In this document: in pieces, positions 21,105 to 30,000 of the stretch
How positions within the stretch are numbered: position 1 is the first letter of the stretch
Layout: each line of letters opens with the position of its first letter
DNA from: Nitrospira sp.
Lineage (GTDB): Bacteria > Nitrospirota > Nitrospiria > Nitrospirales > Nitrospiraceae
DNA length: 64,000 nucleotides
Assembly (NCBI GenBank): GCA_047150005.1
Contig: AP038806.1
Coordinates: 416,001 to 480,000 of the forward strand
Reading direction: 5' to 3'
The notes under the pieces: generated by a model
The model's database searches: none
What the model saw: the letters and a program-made list of their open reading frames with translations, nothing else
Told to the model about the DNA's origin: nothing
Translations under genes and position numbers: made by a program

Positions 21105-23528
21105 TCAGAAAAACCACTGGGCTCGGAAGAAGAACGACCTCGGCATGCCCGCATGCGCAATCCCGAGACCGATGCTGCCTTCTCCGGAGTTATAGAAATA
21201 TTGCTCGTTGAACAGGTTGATCAGATCGAACCCCAGCAACATCTTTTGGTTCTCCCACGGCAAGGGAACCACGTGGGTGATCGATGCATTATAGACAGTG
21301 TACGACGGCTCATGGGAGGAATTCGTCTTGGCGCCGTCTTCGGCCGTCCGCAGCCCGTAGCCATATAACATTTGACCGCTGATGTTCGTCCGTTCGAACA
21401 GTTGGTAATTCACCACTGCGGAACTGGTGACGAACTGTGAGTGATCGCAGAAGACGCCGCCCGGTGAGTTGATATCGTTGATTTCCCCCTGGTCAAGCAG
21501 GAATTGACCGGACTGTAAACCATAGCCCTTACACTGACCCCAGCCTACATTCCCGCGGCCCGTCAGCTTTTCGTCGAATTTGACCGCCACCTGGCCGTCG
21601 ATACCTCGCTGCCAGCCATTCTGAAAGGCAAAGAAATTCAGCAACGGGGTGCTGCCGAATTGACCGGCATCGGAGAGGTAGTGCGCGAGTCTGTAATAGC
21701 CCGTCACCTGCATCGTGGCATACCGGTTGATCGCATGATAGCTTCCCACTTCCCAATAGTGGGCGCGCTCTGCGCGTGGTCGGAAACCGGTCGGGTCGTC
21801 CGGCGCAGCAGTGGTGTTTTGAGTATTGAGATTTACAAAGGCCACTTGCTCGATGTTGGGAGGGGTGAACTGCCGGCCATAGTACGCATGGAAGACGTTT
21901 GACTGGTTGAGCTTGTAGGTCACCCCGATTTTCGGGCTCACCTGTCCCTCGTTGTAGAACCCTTGGATGGCATCGCCTCGCACGCCCAGGTTGAAGGTCC
22001 AGTGCTCGTTCGGAGTCCACTGGTCCTGGATCCACATCTCCTGTCGAGTCTGAATGTTCTGGTTGGCCGCTTGGAGCGTCAGGACCGGCCCGGCCGGCGC
22101 CCCGCCGCTGGTATCAAACGCATAAATCTGTGAGTTGTTGTTCGCCCTGGTGTAGTCGAACTGAAACCCTCCCTTGACGAGATGTCGACTGTTCGGCACC
22201 CAGGTGTGGTCCAGACGGAAGCCGCCGGAATAGGCCGTCCGCTTTTGGCTCGCTGTCTGGGCGGTATTCACATCGTCCGCGTAGGCCAGCGCATTGAGGG
22301 CGTCAGTTTGGAAATCCGCCACGCCGCGTCGAAAATAGACACCCAGGCTGAAGAAATTGCTCGCATTCACATCATGCCGCCAAACCAACTGGCTGTATTG
22401 ATTGTTCTCTTTCTGGAACTGGTTGACGGATTGTGAGGTCACAGGCTCGAATCCCGCCGGCAGCAACGCAAGAACATCGCCGTTGGCCTCCAGATTCGGA
22501 ATCGTCGGAATCTGATATTTTGCCACCGAACCGAGAAAGATCCAGGCGAAGTTGTTGCTGTTGTCGTGCTGATAGTCTCCCCTCAGATATGTGTTATTCT
22601 TCTCGCTCTGATTGTGGTAGCTCGGCCGCCCCAATGTCGGAGGCTCAATGCCTCGGTTGGTCGTGACATAACTGTTCATAGCATAAAACCGGACCTTCTC
22701 GCCGATAGTCCCTCCGTATTCGAACGACGGGTTCACTATTTCATTCGAGCCGCCGAACACCTGGATCGAGCCGAACCCCGGTTTCGTCCCGCTCTTGCTG
22801 GTGATGTCGAGGATGAGGGCGGTCTTGTTCCCATATTGCGCTTCCATGCCGCCCAAGATGATGTCCGATCGCTCCCACGCACGTGGGGGTACGATATCCG
22901 CGAACGCCCCCGTGACCGTGTCCGGTATGGGAATGCCGTCGATGCGGAACTGCTGGTTCGCATGATCCTGCCGAATGTGGGTTTGTCTGAGCGATCCATA
23001 CACCACACTCGGGATCGTGAGCAGCACTTCCGCAACATCGTTGTTATTGCCTCGTGGCAGGGTTTCCACATCTTTCCGGCTCAATTGGTACACGGTACTG
23101 GAGGCTTTATACTGAATGGCCGGTAAAGGTGAGACAATCTCCAATGCGATCTCTTTCGTAACAGAGAGGGTGAGCGTCACCGGAGCGGGTCGCTCGGTTC
23201 CGACCTTCACCACCACATATTCGCTCTTGTAGGTATCCTGCACGGCGCTGATCGAAAACACGCCGTCCTCAGGCACCGTGAGGGAAAACTCGCCGGCTTG
23301 ATTCGTGACGCCCTGTGTCACGACGTTCCCTTCTTGATCGCGAACCTGCACGATCGCCTGATCCACCCGACGCAAATCCTGATTCTGGACCGCCCCGGTG
23401 ATGATCCGCATGGGCGGCGTCTCCTCCGCATGTAGAGACGCCGCGGGCCAGGTTCCTGCAACCACGCTCGACAGGGAAACCGCCAGACAGACATGCAAAC
23501 AGGTATGAACGGGTGCAACGCGACGCAT
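21105..23528 (-). CDS. TonB-dependent outer-membrane receptor with N-terminal carboxypeptidase-regulatory-like domain (probable metal uptake)
   Basis: Signal peptide, ITGAVQ..TNQAGEFSL domain, plug HIRQDHANQQFRIDGIPI, INLFNEQY, C-terminal Phe; SD GGAGGAGG before ATG 23528. Confidence 0.93.
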   Translation of the reverse strand: MRRVAPVHTCLHVCLAVSLSSVVAGTWPAASLHAEETPPMRIITGAVQNQDLRRVDQAIVQVRDQEGNVVTQGVTNQAGEFSLTVPEDGVFSISAVQDTYKSEYVVVKVGTERPAPVTLTLSVTKEIALEIVSPLPAIQYKASSTVYQLSRKDVETLPRGNNNDVAEVLLTIPSVVYGSLRQTHIRQDHANQQFRIDGIPIPDTVTGAFADIVPPRAWERSDIILGGMEAQYGNKTALILDITSKSGTKPGFGSIQVFGGSNEIVNPSFEYGGTIGEKVRFYAMNSYVTTNRGIEPPTLGRPSYHNQSEKNNTYLRGDYQHDNSNNFAWIFLGSVAKYQIPTIPNLEANGDVLALLPAGFEPVTSQSVNQFQKENNQYSQLVWRHDVNASNFFSLGVYFRRGVADFQTDALNALAYADDVNTAQTASQKRTAYSGGFRLDHTWVPNSRHLVKGGFQFDYTRANNNSQIYAFDTSGGAPAGPVLTLQAANQNIQTRQEMWIQDQWTPNEHWTFNLGVRGDAIQGFYNEGQVSPKIGVTYKLNQSNVFHAYYGRQFTPPNIEQVAFVNLNTQNTTAAPDDPTGFRPRAERAHYWEVGSYHAINRYATMQVTGYYRLAHYLSDAGQFGSTPLLNFFAFQNGWQRGIDGQVAVKFDEKLTGRGNVGWGQCKGYGLQSGQFLLDQGEINDINSPGGVFCDHSQFVTSSAVVNYQLFERTNISGQMLYGYGLRTAEDGAKTNSSHEPSYTVYNASITHVVPLPWENQKMLLGFDLINLFNEQYFYNSGEGSIGLGIAHAGMPRSFFFRAQWFF

Positions 23529-23621
23529 CGCCACCTCCTCCGACGCCCGATGAATGCAATTGAATCGGGAGCACCGGCCGGCCCGACGAGCCGAACCAGC
23601 GCCCACCGCGACGACCGGCGA

Positions 23622-23954
23622 TTAGATGTGAGGAGGCGCCCGAGAAGGACCGACGGAGGAACACTCAGCGGAAAGAAGAACCGACTGGGCCTGGGCCTCG
23701 TAAAGGCCGACGAGTTCCCAAACGGTGAAAACCGGCCCGCTGAAATCGAATGACCCAGAGGTATGGTGCTGCACCCATTGGCAGAGGTCGGCATCCGAAT
23801 GCTCATGCCCATCGTCGTCCGCCGCTGCCAGCTCGTGGTGGACATCCTGAGCGACGGCGAACGGAGCCATCGTGAGCAGCAACAACACAAGCCAAACGGA
23901 TAGACCACTGCGCAGCGGTCCGTTTGGTCGGTCTTGCAAAGAAAGAAGGCCCAT
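23622..23954 (-). CDS. Putative secreted His/Cys-rich leader peptide with C-terminal RAPP arrest motif (DUF2946/CruR-like)
   Basis: 110 aa from ATG 23954: hydrophobic signal ending AVA, HHE..GHEHSD..CQWVQHH, C-terminus PSRAPPHI; directly upstream of the receptor. Confidence 0.8.
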   Translation of the reverse strand: MGLLSLQDRPNGPLRSGLSVWLVLLLLTMAPFAVAQDVHHELAAADDDGHEHSDADLCQWVQHHTSGSFDFSGPVFTVWELVGLYEAQAQSVLLSAECSSVGPSRAPPHI

Positions 23955-23965
23955 GGAGGGCGCAG

Positions 23966-23995
23966 TCTGTATCACAGTGATTGGAAGCCTGTCAA
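23966..23995 (-). promoter_or_regulatory. Putative promoter of the leader-receptor operon
   Basis: Perfect TTGACA (23995-23990), 18-nt spacer, TGnTACAGA; the -10 match is weak. Confidence 0.4.
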
Positions 23996-24178
23996 ACCTA
24001 TGGACTGTGATGCCCGCCTTCGCGGACATGATGCACGAGGAAACCGACTCACTACCAACTGTGTTGAGAATAACGGCTGAGACTTCAATGGCTTATGCAC
24101 TGACCAGTAGACATTTCCTCAACATTTCGTTATGCTGCGCCACCCTACTAACCTTTTGGCCGAACCCGTCATTGCACC

Positions 24179-25237
24179 ATGAACCGACCGCTCGATAATC
24201 AACACGTCATAGAAATCAAAGCGTTGCCTTCCCCTCGCGCCATCAAGACCAAGCTGCCCATCAGCGATCAGGCGGCCGCCTTGGTGGTGGAAACCAGAGA
24301 GGCGATCCGCCGAATCCTCCATGGCACCGATCGTGACCGTCTTGTCGTGATCGTCGGTCCTTGCTCGATCCACGATCCGGATGCCGCCTATGAGTATGCC
24401 GACCGGCTCAAACTGACTGTGGATGCCTTGCGCGACCGGCTGCTCATCGTCATGCGCACCTACTTCGAAAAGCCCAGGACCACCGTCGGATGGAAAGGGC
24501 TCATCAACGATCCCCATCTGGACGGCACCTGCGACATCGCCACCGGCATGGAATTGGCCCGAACGATCTTGCTCGAGATCAACCGGCGGGGTCTCCCCTG
24601 CGCCACGGAGCTGCTTGATCCGATCAGCCCGCAATACATCGCCGACCTCATCAGCTGGACCGCCATCGGCGCGAGGACGACGGAGAGCCAGACCCATCGG
24701 GAGATGGCCAGCGGAGTCTCGATGCCGGTCGGGTTCAAGAACGGCACGGAGGGCAGCCTGCAGGTGGCGGTCAACGCGATGATCTCGGCCCGGACACCCC
24801 ATCACTTCGTCGGGATCAACGCCGACGGGCAGACCTCCATCATCAAGACCTTGGGCAACCCCGACCGGCATATCGTGCTTCGCGGAGGCGGCGGGAAAAC
24901 GAACTATGACGCCGAGCATGTTGGAAAGGCCGAGGCCGCGGTGGCCGGCGAAGGCATCGCGCGTCCCATCATGATCGATTGCTCGCACGACAACTCCAGC
25001 AAGGACCATCGGCGACAGGCATTGGTCGCCCGTGAGGTGGTCCGCCAGTTTCAGGAAGGCCGCTCCTCCATCATGGGTCTGATGCTTGAGAGCAATCTGT
25101 TCCCCGGCAAGCAGACCTGGCAAGAGGGTAAAGCGTTGGCCCACGGGGTCTCCATCACCGACGCCTGTCTCGGGTGGGAGGAGACCGAACAGTTGCTTGC
25201 GGAACTGGCCGACGCGATTGTGGCCAGACCAGCCTAG
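24179..25237 (+). CDS. 3-deoxy-7-phosphoheptulonate (DAHP) synthase, type I-alpha (AroF/G/H family)
   Basis: VGPCSIHD, YFEKPRTTVGWKGLINDP, IGARTTESQTHRE, SITDAC. Confidence 0.96.
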   Translation: MNRPLDNQHVIEIKALPSPRAIKTKLPISDQAAALVVETREAIRRILHGTDRDRLVVIVGPCSIHDPDAAYEYADRLKLTVDALRDRLLIVMRTYFEKPRTTVGWKGLINDPHLDGTCDIATGMELARTILLEINRRGLPCATELLDPISPQYIADLISWTAIGARTTESQTHREMASGVSMPVGFKNGTEGSLQVAVNAMISARTPHHFVGINADGQTSIIKTLGNPDRHIVLRGGGGKTNYDAEHVGKAEAAVAGEGIARPIMIDCSHDNSSKDHRRQALVAREVVRQFQEGRSSIMGLMLESNLFPGKQTWQEGKALAHGVSITDACLGWEETEQLLAELADAIVARPA

Positions 25238-25280
25238 TCGGCCGCCCTCCATACCCGCCGACCTCTCCTGAGACGCGCCC

Positions 25281-26060
25281 ATGCTCATCGATACTCATGT
25301 GCATCTCGACGATCCCCGATTCGATGCGGATCGCGACGCGACGATGGCCCGCGCTCGCGAAGCCGGCGTCTCGACCTCCATCACCATCGGCTGCGATCTG
25401 GCGACGAGCCGGGCGGCGGTCGGTTTGGCCGGACGATATGAGTCGGTCTACGCGTCGATCGGTGTACATCCCCACGAGGTCAAACATATCGACGACGGCT
25501 GGTACGATGAATTCCGCCGGCTGGCCGCCGACCCGAAGGTGGTCGCCTACGGCGAAATCGGTCTCGACTACCACTACAACCATTCATCGCCCCAGCAGCA
25601 ACGCGATCGATTTCGGGAACAGGTGCGACTCGCACGAGAACTGCACCTGCCCGTGATCATTCATACGAGAGAAGCGCAAGAAGACACCGTTCAGATCTTG
25701 CGGGAGGAACGGGCCTCGGAAATCGGGGGAGTCTTCCACTGCTTTTCAGGAGATGCGTGGCTGGCCAAGGATGCACTGGATCTTGGATTTTACCTGTCGT
25801 TTTCCGGAATCCTGACCTTCAACAATGCATCCATGTTGCGGGACATCGCAAGACAGACGCCGCTCGATCGCCTCTTGACCGAAACGGACTGTCCGTACCT
25901 GACCCCCGTGCCTCACCGAGGGAAGCGAAACGAACCGGCCTATGTGTCGTTTGTCGCCAAACAACTGGCGGCACTGCATGCAGAACAGGCGGGTCTGACC
26001 CTCGGCGACATCGAGCGGATCACCACCGAAAACGCGAAACGGCTGTTCAAAATCGTCTGA
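25281..26060 (+). CDS. tatD: TatD-family hydrolase/DNase
   Basis: IDTHVHL, GVHPH, GEIGLDY, HCFSG, ETDCPYL. Confidence 0.95.
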   Translation: MLIDTHVHLDDPRFDADRDATMARAREAGVSTSITIGCDLATSRAAVGLAGRYESVYASIGVHPHEVKHIDDGWYDEFRRLAADPKVVAYGEIGLDYHYNHSSPQQQRDRFREQVRLARELHLPVIIHTREAQEDTVQILREERASEIGGVFHCFSGDAWLAKDALDLGFYLSFSGILTFNNASMLRDIARQTPLDRLLTETDCPYLTPVPHRGKRNEPAYVSFVAKQLAALHAEQAGLTLGDIERITTENAKRLFKIV

Positions 26061-26574
26061 GCTGCCGCCCGCGACGGCGCGCCGACTTCGGAAGCTTTCT
26101 GGGATTTCCCCGCTTCTCCGAACCGCGCCGCGGAGGATACTCTTCTCCCGTGTCCAATTCCTTGTGCGCCACCCCCGTGACCGGAGAGGACGACAGTTTT
26201 TCGGCAAATTCCCGTGCCTCCATCACGAAAGCTCCCTGGGCTCGCGCGTAGTCGGTGACTTCGCGGTCGGAACTGACGACCGCGCAATCCGACTCGAACT
26301 CTTTCGCAAGCCGTTGAATCACCTGGTCGGCCCGTTCTCCCCGCTTCGAATAGATGATCTGGACCCCCAAACGATGCTCGCGCCCCTCGAAGAGCTGCCC
26401 CGACTGCCAACCGTCGAACACCACCGTCACCGCATGCCCTTTTCGGTGCCGATAGGCCGACAGATCCCTCACCAAGCTGTCACGACCCAATGCCGAATGC
26501 GCGCCGTCGCGGCGAGCCTGCCCGCCCATCACGGCCAGCAGATTGTACCCATCGATGATGAGGTGCACCGGCAT
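26047..26574 (-). CDS. NYN-domain (YacP/Rae1-like) ribonuclease
   Basis: LIIDGYNLL, VVFDG, ADQVI and VVSSDRE acidic motifs. Confidence 0.88.
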   Translation of the reverse strand: MPVHLIIDGYNLLAVMGGQARRDGAHSALGRDSLVRDLSAYRHRKGHAVTVVFDGWQSGQLFEGREHRLGVQIIYSKRGERADQVIQRLAKEFESDCAVVSSDREVTDYARAQGAFVMEAREFAEKLSSSPVTGVAHKELDTGEEYPPRRGSEKRGNPRKLPKSARRRGRQLRRF

Positions 26575-26580
26575 GGGCAA

Positions 26581-26609
26581 ACCCTACGCGCGAGGTCGAG
26601 GGCTGTCAA
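26581..26609 (-). promoter_or_regulatory. Sigma70 promoter of the NYN gene (leaderless geometry)
   Basis: TTGACA-17 nt-TAGGGT, 6 nt before ATG 26574. Confidence 0.6.
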
Positions 26610-26700
26610 TCGCGGCGACCGCGCGCGTTCTGCCCGCGCCCTTGACAAGCCGTTGAACTTCTGAGACATAGATGACATTCCCATTGTGTTGAGCATCGTC

Positions 26701-27978
26701 ATGCCGTTGGCCCTCTGGCGCGCTCTCGTCATCGCCGTCACGATCAGTTTGACCGGTCCGGGCTGCTACGACACACCCGGTTCCGCCACAGCCCTGGCCG
26801 AAACCCATCGTTCTCTCCCGGATCAATCAAGCACCGCCAAACGCAGCCGTAACTCGCGCATCAGCATGACGCCGACCACGCTCGGGATCACGACCGTTCA
26901 GAATCTCCGCACGGCCGTCTCTCCCGACGTGACCCGATTGGTCCTGGACCTCGACCACGTAACCCGCGCCCCCGCCAGGCCGCCTCTGCAGGCCGACGGT
27001 GTGGTGATTGAAATTCCACGCGCCACGCTGGGGAAGTCCGCCCAAGCCAAACTCGCGCGCGGCTCGCTGGCCAAGCTCTTCGTCATTACGCAGGCCTCCG
27101 ACCATTCCGTCTCGATCGCACTGCCCGCCGGCACGTTCGAGTCCTATAGGCTGCTGTCCCTCTCGAATCCTCCTCGACTGGTCGTCGACGTCGTGCCGTC
27201 AAAGCAGGTCGGAGTCTCGCCCGGTCTCAATCCAGTGGAGGAAGCGCCTCCGCCGTTCTCCCCGCCCGTCCAGCCGGTCCCGCCGCGGGTGAAACCCTTC
27301 ACGACGGTAGTCATTGATCCGGGACACGGCGGCAGAGACCCTGGTGCGCACGGGCAACGCGGGACGGAGGAAAAAGACATTACGCTCAAAGTGGCGCTCA
27401 AACTGCGTGATCTGCTCGCGAAAGATCCGGGGCTGCGCGTCCTCATGACGCGGGACCGGGACGTCTTCGTGGAATTGGAGGATCGGGCGAAGTTCGCCAA
27501 CGGCCATGAAGCGGATCTCTTCGTGTCGATCCACGTCAATTCTCATCCTCAGCGCTCCGTGCGAGGCATCGAAATCTATCACTTCGGTGAAGCCAAGGAT
27601 CAGCGGGCGCTCGAGGTGGCGGCGCGGGAAAACGGCACGCCGCTGAGCAGCACAGGAGTCGGATGGGAATACCTGGTGGCGGATCTCCTGACGACCAGGA
27701 AGATCGAAGCGTCGTTGGAACTGGCCTGGACCGCCAAGGAAGCGATGATCACGCACCTCAACGGTCACTATTCGCTGGTCGATCATGGCGTCAAAACGGC
27801 GCCCTTTTATGTCCTGCGCTTCACGAGCATGCCGAGCATCTTGGCGGAGATCGCCTACATCTCCAATTCGGCGGAGGAAGAGCTGCTTCGCAACCAGACG
27901 TTCACCACCCGCGTCGCCGAATCGCTGCATGAAGGTGTGCGGGCATACCTGGCGGCTTCCAAGCAGCCGCTTCGATGA
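26701..27978 (+). CDS. N-acetylmuramoyl-L-alanine amidase with AMIN-like domain (AmiC-like)
   Basis: TRLVLDL and NPPRLVVDV AMIN-type motifs; IDPGHGGRDPGA, EKDITL, FVSIHVN, PSILAE. Start uncertain (26686 or 26701). Confidence 0.93.
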   Translation: MPLALWRALVIAVTISLTGPGCYDTPGSATALAETHRSLPDQSSTAKRSRNSRISMTPTTLGITTVQNLRTAVSPDVTRLVLDLDHVTRAPARPPLQADGVVIEIPRATLGKSAQAKLARGSLAKLFVITQASDHSVSIALPAGTFESYRLLSLSNPPRLVVDVVPSKQVGVSPGLNPVEEAPPPFSPPVQPVPPRVKPFTTVVIDPGHGGRDPGAHGQRGTEEKDITLKVALKLRDLLAKDPGLRVLMTRDRDVFVELEDRAKFANGHEADLFVSIHVNSHPQRSVRGIEIYHFGEAKDQRALEVAARENGTPLSSTGVGWEYLVADLLTTRKIEASLELAWTAKEAMITHLNGHYSLVDHGVKTAPFYVLRFTSMPSILAEIAYISNSAEEELLRNQTFTTRVAESLHEGVRAYLAASKQPLR

Positions 27979-28005
27979 CCGGCGGGCCGCTGCGCCATTG
28001 ATCTC

Positions 28006-28746
28006 ATGGCCACCGTCAAACTGATCGTCGAGTACGACGGCACCGCCTATGCCGGCTGGCAGCGGCAGCCGGACCATCCGACCATCCAAGAAGCCCTCGA
28101 AACTGCTGTACAACGTCTGACACAGATCGAGGTCTCGATCGTTGGAGCCGGGCGCACCGACGCCGGCGTCCATGCATTGGGTCAGGTCGCCAGTTTTCGC
28201 ATCGACAGAGACTGGACTCCGCGAGAGTGGATCAAGGGTATGAACGCGAGGTTGCCCAAGGACATCGCCGTCCGGTCGGCTGAAATCATGCCGGACGGTT
28301 TCCACGCGCGCTATGCAGCCAGCGGCAAACTGTACGAATACCGCATTCTCAACCGTCCGGCTCGCTCGGCCGTCGACCGGCATCACGTCTGGCATATCCA
28401 CAAACCTCTGGACGTCGAGGCGATGCAGCGAGCCGCCTCGCTGCTGACCGGTTCACATGACTTCACGTCGTTCGAAGGGTCGCTGACCGACAATGAAGAT
28501 CCCGTGTGCCGGCTTCAACGATTGTCGATCCACCGCGAAGGCGATTACCTTCATATCCAGGCCTACGCCGACCGTTTCCTCAAACACATGGTTCGCGCAA
28601 TCGTCGGGACGCTGGTGGAAGTGGGCCATGTGCAACGCAGTGCCGAGGAAATACCTGCAATGCTTGCCGCGAAAGATCGCACAAAGGCCGGACGAACCGC
28701 CCCGGCTCACGGCCTGTTTCTCCTGCACGTCGATTACCATCAATAA
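28006..28746 (+). CDS. truA: tRNA pseudouridine(38-40) synthase
   Basis: YDGTAYAGWQRQ, GAGRTDAGVHALGQV, FLKHMVR, TAPAHGL. Confidence 0.97.
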   Translation: MATVKLIVEYDGTAYAGWQRQPDHPTIQEALETAVQRLTQIEVSIVGAGRTDAGVHALGQVASFRIDRDWTPREWIKGMNARLPKDIAVRSAEIMPDGFHARYAASGKLYEYRILNRPARSAVDRHHVWHIHKPLDVEAMQRAASLLTGSHDFTSFEGSLTDNEDPVCRLQRLSIHREGDYLHIQAYADRFLKHMVRAIVGTLVEVGHVQRSAEEIPAMLAAKDRTKAGRTAPAHGLFLLHVDYHQ

Positions 28747-28922
28747 ATCTGCGCCTGTTCTGCAGACAACCTCCAGACGCTTTGCTATAGTGGCGCGCCC
28801 ATTGATGTGTCCGAATCGTCTCTGTACATCGACCGCTGCCTTCCGACGGTGCTCATGGTCGCAGACAGGAACAAGGCGGACACCATCCGCGCCGTTCACC
28901 TACTCACAAAGGAGTGCCGCCG

Positions 28923-29237
28923 ATGAAGATCACCGGTTTAATCGCGTTGTCGTGTTTCGTGGCCGTGTTGGGGATCGCCCCCACAGCCGGAGCTGCGCCT
29001 GCGCAGCAGAACAAGATGAAGGCCTGTAACGCCGCGGCCGACGAAAAGGGGTTGTCGGGCGACGGCAAGGGAGAGGCGAGGCAAGCGTTTATGACGGAGT
29101 GCCTGTCGGCCAAGTCCGGCAAGGGGGGAAAAACGGCTCAGCAGGAAAAAATGAAAACGTGCAACAAAGAGGCTGGAGAGAAGAAGCTTGCAGGAGAGGA
29201 ACGGAAGCAGTTTATGAGCGGCTGTCTCTCAAGTTGA
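28923..29237 (+). CDS. psiF: PsiF-repeat periplasmic protein
   Basis: Signal peptide and two repeats AQQxKMKxCN...RxxFMxxCLS; AAAGGAG SD. Confidence 0.88.
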   Translation: MKITGLIALSCFVAVLGIAPTAGAAPAQQNKMKACNAAADEKGLSGDGKGEARQAFMTECLSAKSGKGGKTAQQEKMKTCNKEAGEKKLAGEERKQFMSGCLSS

Positions 29238-29246
29238 GGCGAGGAA

Positions 29247-29272
29247 CGGGGCGCGGGTCTTCTCGCGCCCCG
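29247..29272. terminator. GC-rich hairpin between the convergent psiF and cysE genes
   Basis: CGGGGCGCGGG-TCTT-CTCGCGCCCCG stem-loop; no U tract. Confidence 0.45.
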
Positions 29273-29327
29273 CTGACGTGATGGCCTTGAAGCAGGAAAC
29301 CGTCAACGATGCGCGCGAAGCGGCGGA

Positions 29328-29981
29328 CTAGGATCGCGAAGGAGGGTTATCGCGGTTTTCGAGCTTCTTGCGCAGCTGGATCAGTTCCTGCTCGAGAGCC
29401 AGGAATCGATCGCTGATCGGATCGGGCAAGTTGGTCTGGTCCATCGTCGCGTCCGGCAACCGGTCTCCCTGGGTCTTGATCACGCGCGCCGGCACCCCCA
29501 CGACCGTCGAATTCGGGGACACGCTCTTGAGGACTACGGAATTGGCGCCAATCTTCACGTTGTCTCCGATCGTAATCCCACCGAGAATCTTGGCGCCGGC
29601 TCCCACCAGGACGTGATTGCCCAAGGTCGGATGGCGTTTGCCGCGCTCTTTTCCGGTACCTCCAAGCGTCACCCCCTGGAACAAGGTCACATGGTCGCCG
29701 ATCTCCGTTGTCTCACCGATGACCACGCCCATACCATGATCGATGAAGAAGCCGGTTCCGATCCTGGCCGACGGATGAATCTCGATGCCGGTCGCCCATC
29801 GGGCGACTTGCGAAATCAGCCGGGGAATGAAGGGCACCTTGTGGACTTTCAGCCAATGCGCGAGGCGATAGGCCACCAGAGCATGAAAACCGGCGTACGT
29901 GACGATGACCTCCGTGCGGCTGGTGGCCGCCGGGTCTCGATCGAAGACCGCCTGCAGATCCTGTCGGATGGCCTTGAACAC
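29328..29981 (-). CDS. cysE: Serine O-acetyltransferase
   Basis: [33 protein letters not shown]; start placed at GTG 29981. Confidence 0.95.
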   Translation of the reverse strand: MFKAIRQDLQAVFDRDPAATSRTEVIVTYAGFHALVAYRLAHWLKVHKVPFIPRLISQVARWATGIEIHPSARIGTGFFIDHGMGVVIGETTEIGDHVTLFQGVTLGGTGKERGKRHPTLGNHVLVGAGAKILGGITIGDNVKIGANSVVLKSVSPNSTVVGVPARVIKTQGDRLPDATMDQTNLPDPISDRFLALEQELIQLRKKLENRDNPPSRS

Positions 29982-30000
29982 GAATCTCAGTGTACGCCGG

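Noticed and set aside
23529..24178. Cobalamin riboswitch or Fur/Zur box upstream of the receptor
   Set aside because: No B12-box or convincing Fur/Zur inverted repeat; the region is explained by the RAPP leader ORF and promoters.
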